This document shows positions 14,001 to 24,806 of a DNA stretch of 64,000 nucleotides, piece after piece. Positions within the stretch are counted from its first letter, which is position 1, and the number at the start of each line of letters is the position of its first letter. Both the position numbers and the translations under genes were made by a program. The stretch comes from Asterias rubens (lineage: Eukaryota): assembly GCF_902459465.1 (NCBI RefSeq), contig NC_047065.1, positions 22,630,001 to 22,694,000 of the forward strand, written 5' to 3'. A model generated the notes under the pieces. It saw only the letters and a program-made list of their open reading frames with translations. It searched no databases and had not been told where the DNA came from.

Positions 14001-17000
14001 CAATTTGAGTTGCTTTTAGATGATACATGTATATAGAACACAGAAAACATGAAAACTAATGGTCAATTCATGACTTGACCTGTACAATTTAGTATGTTAA
14101 CACGCAAAACGTGGAAAATAGTAAATTCATTGACACTATACCTGTACAATTTGGGTAAGTTTAAGATTTCAGATAGAACAAGGAAAACATGGAAAATGGT
14201 CAATTCATGACATGACCTGTACATAGCTACATGTATTTTTTGATGAGTGGGATAAGGACAAACGCGATGAGGTTGTGCATGGTCACTGTACATGTAGGTG
14301 TTTGGTGAAGCCAGTGGCATGCAACCACCATAGCCACTACAAATTAAACAGGGAAATGTCTGATTAAAACTGACCCATTGGTGTATGTATAAATTAATTC
14401 TTTGTTTCCTGAATGAAAAGACCAAAGGTTGTTCGTGCATACAGATAAAGGTGTGCTATTTATCTGATTGCAGTTGAAGACAAATTTAACAAAGTTATAG
14501 TTTAAACTTCCTGTCAGAAACTTGTGCATAGCTATGAACAAACGCCACACTATGAGCTGTGGTGGTTCTGGGATGAACTGGTGGTTTAACAAACTTGATG
14601 TTTCGATCAGTGTGCTCTGATTGTCTTCAAGAAAACGAAGAATTCCTCTGAAGAAAATCAAATCACACTGGTTTGAGGCATCAAGATTTAAACCACCTGG
14701 TCTTTTCGAAACTCATGTACATGGTGTTTACTGCAAACCTTACTAGATTGTTTTTCCACTGTGCAATTATTGATTGGGATTTAATGTTTGTTTTTGTTGT
14801 GTTTTTTTTTTGGGGGGGCGGGGGGTAGTGTTTCAGCTTTTGTTTTGTAATTTGAAATGTTTGCCCAATGGCCGCACATACCAGTGCGCATTACTTTTGA
14901 AATTCTTATTTTTTTCACATTATAGAAACAAAAAGGTAAAAACAAAATGTTTCAAATTGCACAAAACGCCCATCACTAACTCCCCCCCCCCCCAAGAAGA
15001 AAAAATGGAAAACAAATTTAGACTGTCAATTATTGTTGTTATAGTTGTTAATTGTATGCCTTCATAAAAATGAATTGTGATGTGAAATGTTATTTGGTGT
15101 AGGCCTAGTTGTGGCTAATAAAACTCACCCCAAAATTTAATTTAAAACCAAGGTTTCTGAATTGTATATTTTTTATGTGTCTTAAAATGGCCATTCCACA
15201 ACTTAAAAGTAATACACAACTATTGTGTAAAACATTAAGCAATAGCTGTGTAAACGATTTACACAACTAATTGTGTAAATTAATCTTACACATTATTGTG
15301 TAGAAATACTACACAACTGTTGTTTACAAATTACACAACTTCGGTTGTGTAAACTGTTTACACAACAGTTGCTAGGTTCATATAGTAAACAGGGGTTGTG
15401 TAAAATTTTACACAACTTGTTGAAGATTTTACACAACCGAAATAACAGTGTAGTCTTCACAGTTGGTGTATCTCAACATATGCATAAAATAACAAACCTG
15501 TGAACATTTGAGCCCAATCGGTCGTCGAATTTGCGAGATAATAATGAAAGAAGAAAAAACCCTTGTGTCACGAAGCTGTGTGCTTTCTTATGCTTGACTT
15601 CGAATCCTCAAAATAATTCTAAACTTGAGGTCTCGAAATCAAATTCGTGGAAAATTACTTCTCTCACGAAAACTACGTCACTTCATAGGGAGCTGTTTCT
15701 CACAATGTTTTATACCATCAACCTCTCCACATTACTAGTAATCAAGTAAGGTTTTATGATGATAACAACTGTCTTTTATTATGCAGACCTTTGCTGAACG
15801 TGTTCTTGGACCTTGGTCTGTGATCATCTCGATAGCTGTCGCCATGTCCTGCATCGGATCGTTAAACGGTGCTCTGTTCTCATTCGCAAGGTACGTATCC
15901 TAATGTCAAACAACTGAGAATTATTTAGTAAATTGTTTTAGCACTTGTTTTCTGCGCTTGCTATTTTTGAGATAAATAAGTTTCCCAGTTTGTTTCCACG
16001 GAAACAGAACAAAAAAGTTCACAGATTTACAAATAACTTACATGTTTTACAGAAGGTTATGGTGAAAGACTTCTCTTGAAATATTGTTCCATGAAATGCT
16101 TTACATTTTTAAGAAAACATTAAAACAAATTTTAAAATGTTCGATATCGAGAATTACAGATTTATTATAAACACATGTCATGACACGGCGAAACGTGCGG
16201 AAACAAGAGTGGGTTTTCCCGTTATTTTCTCCCGACTCCGATGACAGATGAGCCTTAAGTTTCACTGGTTTGTTATTTTTAATATAAGTTATGATACACG
16301 AAGTGTGGGCCTTTGGATAACACTGTTTACCGAAAGTATCCAATGGCTTTAGAGTAAAAACGCTGAGAATTATTTTGTATGGAATTTTCAGCAGTAACAC
16401 CATTCAAAAACTATGCATGTGGTTGTACTTCAGGAGGTGTCTTTGTTCCTGTGCTTAGTAATGTTTTAGCTAACATAAGTTTATCAATTTATTGTTTCAT
16501 AAGCAAACCTTAAGCAAACACAACAGTGTCGCCCCAACGAATGTTTTGCGATTTTGTTAGTATTATTTCATTAAAAAAAGGTAATTTTACCAAAATCAAT
16601 TTTCAATTCTCAATGTGTCAATTTAGTTGAATTTTCCGAATAATCAGCAATCAATCACACAATCACACCTCATCTTTTCACTTTTTTTTCAGAATATTGA
16701 TGGTGTCGTCAAGAGAGGGGGTAATGCCACAAGTTCTTGGCATGATACACATAGATTACAAGTCACCACTTCCAGCGGCAGTTGTTTCGGTAAAAAGAAG
16801 TCCATTACACAAGATTATAAACACATTGTTAAAGGCTTTTCAAATTCATCCGTATTCATAAGGTAAACTGTAGCCGCAGTCGTAGACTTAACCGTGGATG
16901 TAGCCAGTGTCAGATGAAATCAGACATAGATGCATATTAATTGTTAATTTTGTTCTCATGAGCCCCGATATCAAAACACTCACCAACTACCAGAGTTCCA

Positions 17001-20000
17001 CTCGTTTGTTGCTTCTAGTTCATTAATGTGATTGATAAGCTATGATGAGTTTCTTGAGTTTATTTCAATCTCTTGATTTTCACTTTTGATTGATTTACCT
17101 TTCTAGTTCCCTATGTGATTGCTATGCTCATGAGTCCCAATATCAACACGTCACTCAACTACTTGAGTTCACATCACTCGGTGGTTGTTTTGGGTCATTT
17201 ACCCTTCTAGTTCTTTAGTGTGATTGATTTGCTGATGAATTCCTTGAGTTTCTTCCAGCTCCCCAAATTTCACTATAGTTAATTTTATGTTATTTACTTT
17301 CTATATTCCCTATTGTGATTGCTATGCTCATGAGTCCCGATATCAACACACTCATTATTAGCTGTTTCGTAGCGAAGCGCGGCGAAACAGCTCTTGTTTT
17401 CGTTAAAGTTTTTTAAATTATTTTTTAGCTGTTTCGTAGCGAAGCGCAGCGAAGCAGCTCTTGTTTTTGTTAAAGTTTTTTTTAGCTGTCTCGTAGCGTA
17501 GCTCATGCAGCGTAGTGCATCGAAACAGTGTTTAGTAGCGCAGCGCAGCGAAACAGCTACTGTTTTTGTTCGGTTTTTTGTTTGGTTGTTTCAGGATTAT
17601 TCAGTACTCGCATTTTTTTTGCATGGTTCCTAAAGAGCAATTGCAATGAAACTTTCAGTGATGAAGGGCATTGGTGCAAAGAGGGTCCTAAAAGAAATTC
17701 GCCATGATGACGTCATCACCGGTCATCTTAAAGGTGTTTTATTTAAATCTTAGAAAATCTATATCAAATCAACCACAAGAGACCGTAGATTTCTGTTAAC
17801 AAGATTGGGTAGGGAGTAATTGGGTCTTCATTTTATTTTGTGTGCGTGACCTCACATGACCTCTACTTCCGGTCGAAACGGGCCAAAAACGGAAGTGCCC
17901 TGTAACTCAAAAGTGGTAACAGTTACGAAGTTGCTTTCCCTGGACGTAGTGTCTAGCAAGGGTGGGAAGTTAAAAAAAAGTATTGATGACGTCATAAATT
18001 GCAACAGTGCCCTCTAGTGGCAGGTTGAAATTTCTTCAAAATTGACTTTTTGAAGAAGTCTGTGGCGAAGTTTTTTGTAATCACTTAAAATTTTACACAC
18101 ACGTTTACTGTCTGGCAGGCATCATATGTGTGAAGTTTCAGATCAATAACGTCATCGGGAGTCACATGACGCGGTATTAAAGGTGCACTTTTTGAAGTCG
18201 TATAACTCTCAAAGTGATGACGCCATTATGTTGAAACTATGTAGATTGTTAGATATTGGCAAGCTCTCGTGAATTGTGGAATGACGTTATGATGACGTCA
18301 TCACATGATTTTTAATGATTTTTTCAATTTTTACACTTTTAACAAATCAATTGCTATCTGAACATGGTATAATCCAAATTATTTCTTTATTTATGCCACT
18401 TTGGGCAAATTGCTTTGAATACACAACAAATTTAAAACTCAAATGAGAAATTTGAAATGTTATTGACGAAACAGCTATGTATTTGTGCAATGCCATAAGG
18501 TTGCGTGCCATAGCCTCACGCACACATTGCCATGCCAATGTGCGTAATCATTTGTACACGAAAATTGCTTTGAATACACAACAAATTTAAAACTCAAATG
18601 AGAAACTTGAAATGTTATTGACGAAACAATTATGTATTTGTGCAATGCCATAAGGTTGCGTGCCATAGCCTCACGCACACATTGTCATGCCAATGTGCGT
18701 AATCATTTGTACACGAAAATTGCTTTGAATACACAACAAATTTAAAACTCAAATGAGAAACTTGAAAAGTTATTGACGAAACAGCTATGTATTTGTGCTA
18801 TGCCATAAGGTTCCGTGCCATAGCCTTACGCACGCATTGCCATGCCAATGTGCGTAATCATTTGTACACGAAGTACAATGCCATGCCAATGTCCGTAATC
18901 ATTTGTACACACATACCATGCCGTGTCCTTGTACACACACCCGATTGCGTGTATTCCGTATGTAGTTGCATTTTGTACACTTGTAATATTCTCATGCACA
19001 TTCTTAACTGTACACAAGCAATGGATGAAAATCTATATCAAATCAGCCACAAGAGACCGCAGGTTTTTGTTTGCGGGATTGGGTAGGGATAAATTAGGTC
19101 TTCATTTTATTTTGTGTGCGTGACCTCACATGACCTCTACTTCCAGTCGAAACCGGAAGTGCCCTCTTATTCAAATGTGCAAAAGTTATGAAGTTGGTTT
19201 AACGATGATAGTGTCTAGCAAGGGTGGGCAGTTCAAAACAAATATCGATGACATAACTAAACGCAACAGCGGCCACTAGCGGCAGGTTGAAAACTCCTTA
19301 AAACGGACTTTTTGAAGATGTGTGTGGTGAAGTTTAGTGTAATCACTTCAAATTGTACACACACGTTTACTGTCAGGCAGGCATCATGTGTGAAGTTTCA
19401 GATCAATGACGTCATCGGGGATCACGTGATAGCACTTTTTGAAGTCGTATAACTCCCGTAGTAACAATGCGACTTTGTTGAAACTTGGTAGGTTATTAGA
19501 TATTGGCAAGTTCTTGTAAATTACAAAATACCGTTATGATGACGTCATCACACGATTTGTTATAATTTTTTAATTTTTGCACCTTTAAGTCATCAGTTGC
19601 TAACTAAACATGGTATAAAAGGAATTTCTCTTTTATTTATGCCTAATTGGGCTAACTGCTTTGAATACACACACAAAATCTAATTCAGTTGAGAATTCAG
19701 TCTTGTTTTAAGTTATTTATTTTCTAGTTCCCTATTGTGATTGCTATGCTCATGAGTCCCGATATAAACACACTCATTAACTACTTGAATTTCACTCGTT
19801 GGTTGTTTTGATTCATTTACCATTGTAGTTTTTAGTGTGATTGCTTTGCTGATGAATTCATTAAATTTCTTTCAGCTTCCAGAATTTCAATACAGTTAAT
19901 GTTTAATTTTATGTTATTTATTTTCTAGTTCCCTATTGTGATTGCTATGCTCATGAGTCCCGATATCAACACACTCATCAACTATTTGAGTTTCACTCGC

Positions 20001-21619
20001 TGGCTGTTCATCTCAATCGCAGTGGCGTCGATTCCTTACTTCAGATGGAAGTACCCTGATATGCCAAGGCCATTTAAGGTAAGAACTCGGGTCAAAGGTC
20101 ACTGCATTATAATCTATATGTAGCGTGGAGTGATTACGTTCATAATGAAATAAGTACACGGCTTATGTGCAATTAGAAAATACAAACTTGTGTTATTACC
20201 AACTAGACCAACGAGATCCAGTTCAGTTCAGTTCAGTTCAGTACAACATTAAAAGTGATACACACAAATGCAGGAAATTGGGGGGTAACAACCAAGAAAG
20301 CACAGCTTGCTTTAACAGGGAGAGAGTGCCCATACAACGGCAGGATCCAATACAAATACAATATAATTAATACAGACGGAGCAGGTAGATATGATTCGAA
20401 CTGCCTCTAGAATTGCAGAGATCGTGGGTTCGAATCCCAATCGAGTAATATGACTGTTTTTACCGAGCTCAGGAAAGTAGCCTACTGAGTATGCAGTGCT
20501 AACACTATTGGTGAATGGTAAAATCAAAATTTGTGTTACAATTCTTTAAAGGAAGAAACTAACGAGTGAACTTACAGGTACAGCCAAACCTCTTTTGTGT
20601 AAGTATTGGCTCTGAGAAGAGCCGATGTGGTCTCGACGTTTCGAACAGTATACTCTGCCCATCTTCAGGAGAATGCTGGGCTGCTGGATTACTGTTCGTA
20701 ACGTCAAGTCCACACCCGCTCTTCTCGGAGCCAATACTTACACAAAAGAGGTTTGGCTGTACCTGTAAGTAATTTTTTTTAATAGTTTCTTCATATTTAT
20801 CCACAACAGCTTCAAACAATACTTACAACTCTTAACGTTTTGTTTAACAGGTTCCCATCATCCTACCAATCATCTTCATTATATGCGCGTTGTTCGTGGT
20901 AGGCGTCTCCATTTACTCCTCACCAGTAGATGTGGGCATCGGGGCTGCTATAACAGTTGCCGGGGTACCAGTTTACTTCTTCTTCGTCTGGTGGGAGAAT
21001 AAGCCCGTGTGGTTTACCAATGCAATGGGTAAGAAATCGACAATACGCAATATGTTGCCCCCAAAGTTGTACCTATTGTCGCACAGGTCTAAATGCAGCC
21101 CCAAACTTAAAACGTAATGTAGCCCTGACCTAAATGTAGCAAACAAAGTTGTACCTAAATATCGCCCTAATTTAATGTGCCCGCAACGTTGTGTCTTAGT
21201 GTACCCATACCCAAATGTATAGCCAATGAATGTACAGTATATGTTGACCGACCTCATTGTGCCTTCAGATCGCATGTGGACCAATACAATGTATCACACA
21301 TTGTCCATAGGGAAACCTGATTTCTGCTCTACCAGTCAGGCCTCTGATGGATGGTACCCAAGCTGGACTGTAAAAGGGGTAACCCTGTTTCAGCCACATG
21401 AGTGGGTGGCAACGGCCACAGGAACAATTGTTGGGTGTAGCCCACACCTTGAAGTGGCCTTCAGGTTTTGTGTGTATGGCGACTTGCATGAAAAACAAAA
21501 TTTGAGGGTATTTGTTACTTAATAAAAACCGTGTCTTGTGTTTTCTCTTTTTAGATTCCCTCACGTGTTTTCTGCAGAGGTTCTTGTACATTGCTCCAGG
21601 AGCGAAAAAGACGGATTGA
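2064..21619 (+). CDS. SLC7A11-like: SLC7 heteromeric amino acid transporter light chain, xCT/SLC7A11-like, paralog A (509 aa)
   Basis: Exons 2064-2601, 4207-4332, 6574-6676, 7474-7518, 8158-8281, 15787-15890, 16693-16789, 19929-20078, 20851-21028, 21555-21619. All are GT-AG and sum to 1530 nt with no internal stop. Motifs: GSGIFISPKGVL, CYAELG, PFFGDC (heavy-chain Cys), FAYSGW, SFTRWLF, RPFKVP. Family call is firm; the exact ortholog needs a phylogeny. Confidence 0.93.
3672..3745. repeat. Near-perfect 74-bp palindrome (likely collapsed MITE)
   Basis: atgctgtggtgctata...aaacgtttagaacgaaaac-cg-gttttcgttctaaatgttt...tatagcaccacagcat. Confidence 0.8.
3895..4060 (+). mobile_element. tRNA-derived SINE fragment
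   Basis: B-box-like gggttcgaatccc followed by ...gcctgtga. Related copies lie near 7215-7330, 20385-20520 and 23675-23960. Confidence 0.6.
4438..4815 (-). mobile_element. MITE K1, full copy, reverse orientation
   Basis: Same TIRs and TTAA flanks as 1538-1913, with the internal sequence reverse-complemented. Confidence 0.9.
6684..6929. mobile_element. MITE with c(a/t)gggcc(a/c)aatttcatagag TIRs (Harbinger-like)
   Basis: cagggccaaatttcatagag at the left and ctctatgaaattgggcccag at the right. It starts 7 nt after the exon 3 donor. Confidence 0.75.
6931..7002. repeat. (GTT/GCT)n microsatellite
   Basis: Direct reading of the sequence. Confidence 0.9.
7530..7850. mobile_element. TTAA-type MITE family K4 (left end degraded)
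   Basis: Right end ggacattgtgttttttgtcctacaaaaagtacatagaccct|ttaa. Homologous to 49561-49913. Confidence 0.7.
9083..9097 (+). promoter_or_regulatory. CCAAT box plus CRE-like GACGTCA upstream of the transposon-borne gene
   Basis: agccaatcacgacgtcac lies 17-31 nt upstream of ATG 9114. Motif match only. Confidence 0.4.
9114..13106 (+). CDS. Transposon-borne spliced gene, about 279 aa, resembling SAMD3-like proteins of animal CMC/EnSpm elements
   Basis: Exons 9114-9177, 10577-10740, 11474-11639, 12096-12214, 12780-13106 are all GT-AG, phase-compatible and stop-free (840 nt). It begins MADVPELLEQWGFGDLVEVFD and includes EILEVYPRLLDPG and QPFILLLG...FMVVERRAV...AVDICMKIIYVLDLDYQPHCSAVWHMLQHMVY. 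AATAAA at 13146. The join of exon 1 to exon 2 is the least certain part. Confidence 0.75.
13249..13840. mobile_element. Rearranged K1-related MITE pair nested inside the CACTG element
   Basis: ttaa|aggcactggacatgtttggtaatt start, then an inverted second partial copy ending attaccaaacgcg. Confidence 0.75.
13915..14225. repeat. Degenerate tandem repeat (caattcatgacatgacctgtacaattt core, about 5 copies) inside the transposon
   Basis: The core recurs at roughly 70-80 bp spacing. Confidence 0.7.
16000..16348 (-). mobile_element. TTAA-type MITE family K2, reverse copy, one end degraded
   Basis: Reverse complement of 41994-42359; ends accgaaagtatccaatggct. Confidence 0.8.
16930..17357 (+). pseudogene. 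Tandem degenerate copies of the intron7/exon8 boundary of paralog A (pseudo-exons)
   Basis: ttctagttccctat(t)gtgattgctatgctcatgagtccc(g/a)atatcaacac recurs at about 17101 and 17300, with a partial copy near 16955. Period is about 200 bp. Confidence 0.85.
17356..19705 (+). mobile_element. Helentron/HINE-like non-autonomous insertion with internal duplications
   Basis: Starts ttagctgtttcgtagcgaagcgcggcgaaacagct (hairpin, repeated about 4 times). Contains a roughly 650-bp block duplicated (17750-18420 and 19030-19680) and three ~155-bp tandem units (18400-18900). No TIR or TSD seen; classification is inference. Confidence 0.55.
19706..19910 (+). pseudogene. Pseudo-exon copy of paralog A exon 8 start with intact acceptor
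   Basis: Acceptor AG at 19726-19727 has the same context as the real acceptor (19927-19928). It reads FPIVIAMLMSPDINTLINYLNFTRWLF then TGA at 19809-19811. Confidence 0.85.
20570..20824. mobile_element. Penelope-like element terminal fragment arranged as an inverted repeat
   Basis: About 80-bp arms at 20570-20649 and 20690-20770. Contains a hammerhead motif. The tail ...agcttcaaacaatactt is shared with 46227-46393. Confidence 0.7.
20631..20672 (-). ncRNA. Minimal type I hammerhead ribozyme (intact motif)
   Basis: Minus strand TCTC-CTGAAGA-T-GGGCAG-AGTATA-CTGTTC-GAA-ACGT-C-GAGA. Helix I TCTC/GAGA, 6-bp helix II, palindromic helix III ACGT, GUC cleavage triplet. Confidence 0.8.
21320..21500 (+). 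mobile_element. SINE 3' fragment (family of 22785-23100)
   Basis: gatggatggtacccaagc...gtaaaaggggtaacc...cttgaagtggccttc...gacttgcat matches 22930-23095. Confidence 0.65.
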
Positions 21620-22784
21620 GACTCAGATAATTATCCCCAAGCTCTCTGCAGAGGGAGCGCAATAAATGTGTTTTTTTTTTTTTGTTATGTGGCACAGAAT
21701 TATCGCCATATTTTACAGCGGCTTCAAATTCAAATTCAGTTTTGTGATGCATGCACTCATTTTTCAATATATGGTAATAATAGCAGAAGGGGATAAGTTA
21801 CAAGTATCTAACCTCAGCTAGAACGGTGTAAAAAAAAACAGTGGCTGCATATTTTTTACATGGGCATTTTGTTTTTAAAATCAATACAAATTTCGATTAC
21901 GTCACATTTCAAACAATGGTCTCAACCGATTGGTAAGTTCATTCTTAAATGTGAAGGTTTTTTTTCAAAACGGTAATGAACTTGACCTTTTGACTGGCAC
22001 AAAACAATCGGAATGAAACCAATACTCATTATGTTTAAGACGTCCAATAACGTCATGTTTCAAATGTTGCTTCTGAAAGAGTATACAAGTAAAAACAGAA
22101 GAAAAAAAGAAAGAAAAAAAAAGTGCATCACAAAGCTGAGTTGGGCCTTGTGAGTCCCCGTGAATGGGCTTGTTCTATCAATGCAACTAAAATCTGGAAC
22201 CATTTTGTTGAGATGTTCTGCAACCAAAGTAATACTCAAGTGCATTTGTGGATTGCAAACGTTCTTCTCCCTTTCAATTTGTCTTCCAATTCAGGTCAGT
22301 AGGTATGTATTAACCGAAGACCCGTTGGTATTCTTAAGTGCCTTAGTGACCCCAGAGGCTGGTGTGTGGTATGTGGGATGCACGCCTACTACCGAAAGTA
22401 ACCGTTAACTTTATGTAAATACTAAAGCAGATACTGTGAACATAACGAATATGTACAGCATCGAAATCCACAACATTAGGTTTCCAAATCATTTTTATGG
22501 ACACTATTGGTAAATACTCAAAATAATTAATAGAATAAAACCTTATTATGGGGGGGGGGGGGGGGGGTGGGGGGGGGGGTTGATGTCCTAAATATTTGTG
22601 AAATCGACCCCTGGCCGCAGATTTCTGGGTCAGGCTAACTCGGTTGAAACTGGCTTAATATTTGGATTTAAACTTTGATTCTGTCTCAGTTTGACCTATT
22701 CTGGGGTCATTTGACACATACTCTGTTCCAGCCGTAACTATAACCATTTCAGACACACCCCAAACTGAGTTTTCTGGCCGGTTA

Positions 22785-23100
22785 AAAGCACCGGATTCAA
22801 GCTCTGGTGTTTCTGACCAGCACTGAGTGTGGGTTTGACCCCGGGTTGTGATTCCTGTGTCCTTGAGCAAGACACTTGACCATGATTGCCTTGAAAGTTT
22901 GGGAGGTAGTGCTTACTGCTCTACCAACTAGGTTTCTGATGGATGATACCCAAGCCTACAGTCGTATGGAACGTAAAGGGGGTAACCTTGTTTCAGACCC
23001 AGGAGTAGGTGGCAAAGGCCTCTGGAAAATAATTGATTTGTAGCCCACGCCTTGAAGTGGCCTTCGGGCCTTGTGGGTGTGGTGACTTGCATACAAAATA
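22785..23100 (+). mobile_element. tRNA-derived SINE, near-complete
   Basis: agcaccggattcaagctctggtg head, gtgggtttga B-box-like motif, tgtgtccttgagcaagacactt core. A 5' fragment also lies at 38545-38652. Confidence 0.65.
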
Positions 23101-24389
23101 ATAGAGTATCATAGTATTATAATTAATATTACAACTACTTGGTACGTCACAGTACCAAGCAGCAACAGCGCCACCAAGAGATTGCATGTAAGCGTTCATG
23201 ACGTATTCATTGACTGCTTGTTTGAACGGGGGAAACCAACAAGCAGACAAAAGTTGCATAAGCTTTCAATTAGTAGAACAATTGAGTAAGTAACATCATA
23301 AATAAGAGCAAAACAGGACAGTGCATATATTCAAAAAACGGTTAGTACTCATAATCGTTTATCTTTTCACTTTTGGTTAAATGCATAATAACAAGTCGCT
23401 GGAATGAGATGTTAATTTAGTTATTGTCAAAGTACAAACTCAGTCCCATTACTTAGTTTTCGATCAGCACATGGTGATAAAACTGTATCAAATGAAAACT
23501 TAATTGTACCAAACTATGTATGGTTAAAATGATTTTGTTTTATTGTGGCATTTTTCTTCTTCTAAAACCTTATTGTATTCGCATTGTAAATAGTAAGATT
23601 ATGTTCTATCAACGCACTACTAAAGTTGAGTTCACAGTTATTGTTAATAATTATATGTTTTATTGTCTAAAACTATGATTCGAACTGCCTCTAGGAACTG
23701 GGCTATCTCGCAAATTTAGTTGGCAAGACACTGCTTCAGAGTTAGCATTTTTTAGAAGTGGTGGACACTATACGAGTGCACTGTTTGGTTTGGGTGTATA
23801 CAAACACATTTAAGCAAACCTAATAGTGTCGTAGCATTGTGTTTGCCATCTTAAAAAAAGCTTATTGATTATGTCGCGGGTTCGAATCCAACGAGTATTA
23901 TGCTTGCGTTTTTGTTCACAGAACTGCGGAATACACAGAAGTACTGAATACTCATTAACCGAAATTAATACAGTATTATTGGTGTCGTTATATCGTAAGC
24001 AATGTCCAAGTTTATTCGTCTTGTACATGAGTGAGTTTTTGTTAAAATTGAAATCAAAGACATGTTCAAGTGATTTTCTAAACGAATACAAAATAAACTG
24101 TCTTAATTAATAATTATTATTATCATCAGTTGTATGTGTGTTTTGGATAAAATGAAGTAATTGAAGTATTTGTACAAGTCTAGCAAAGAGAGCGGAGACT
24201 TGTTACCAAATTTCAACAATTGAAAACCTCTTTTTCAAAAAAATATTGTTTTCAAACCTCTCGATAATAAAAAATATCAATAGCAATTTGTTATAAACAC
24301 AATTTCAATGTTGTTTGTATAGTACAAACAATTGATTGTAAACAACAATGAAACAAAATTAAACTTGGGCCAAGAATGCTTATAATAAT

Positions 24390-24645
24390 GGGTGCATTCG
24401 TTTAGCTTCCCTGCGTAATCCCCGGTCGTCCCCGGTGCGTTCGAATAGCTTTTGGCGTCATTCCAGGGGCTCACCAAGGTCAGCCCCCAGTGCCCTGCTT
24501 GTGGAGTGGGTCACTCGGGGGCTGGCCCCAGGTAAACTACGTCACTACGAGAGCGGTGAGTGGTCGTTCGATTAGCTCTTCTTGTCAGGGGCTCACCTGA
24601 GTGAGCACCGCGGGGTAGACGCAGTGAAGCTAAACGAACGCACCC
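24390..24645. mobile_element. GGG...CCC MITE with 3-bp AAT target duplication (PIF/Harbinger-like)
   Basis: aat|gggtgcattcgtttagcttc ... gaagctaaacgaacgcaccc|aat. Confidence 0.85.
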
Positions 24646-24806
24646 AATATTTGAGAAACCCCATCTACAGTCACGCCAGAACTGTGTGACAATTCATATA
24701 GTTTAAATGAAAAACGCAAATGACAGTTGGGCAAGATTCGTAAGGTTTTTGATTACAACAGACACAGAAGGGAATTTTTATTCTCTTCGGAATCGTGTGC
24801 AATTAA

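Larger units (their letters stand above)
8875..15450 (+). mobile_element. 6,576-bp CACTG-ended DNA transposon (CMC/EnSpm-like) with TA target duplication, apparently non-autonomous
   Basis: TIR cactgttatt...tgtgtaaaat at both ends, a TA duplication proven by the empty-site sequence of the host MITE, and dense subterminal (t)tgtgtaaa / tttacacaa repeats at 8880-9060 and 15210-15440. Boundaries are firm; the superfamily is inferred from the CACTG ends and subterminal repeats. Confidence 0.88.
8840..15770 (+). mobile_element. MITE K1 copy split by the CACTG transposon (halves 8840-8874 and 15451-~15770)
   Basis: The left half ends ...attgtcaaagacTA and the right half resumes TAgtcttcacagttggtg. 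The uninterrupted copy near 47890 reads aaagactagtcttcacagttggtg. Confidence 0.9.

Noticed and set aside
14063-14720. Minus-strand ORFs in the right part of the CACTG element
   Set aside because: No DDE/TnpD-like motifs or consistent exon structure could be seen. A profile search is still needed to exclude a remnant.
22550-22580. Long G runs (also about 4006, 6268, 53020) as G-quadruplex elements
   Set aside because: They are simple homopolymers, prone to sequencing error, with no supporting context.
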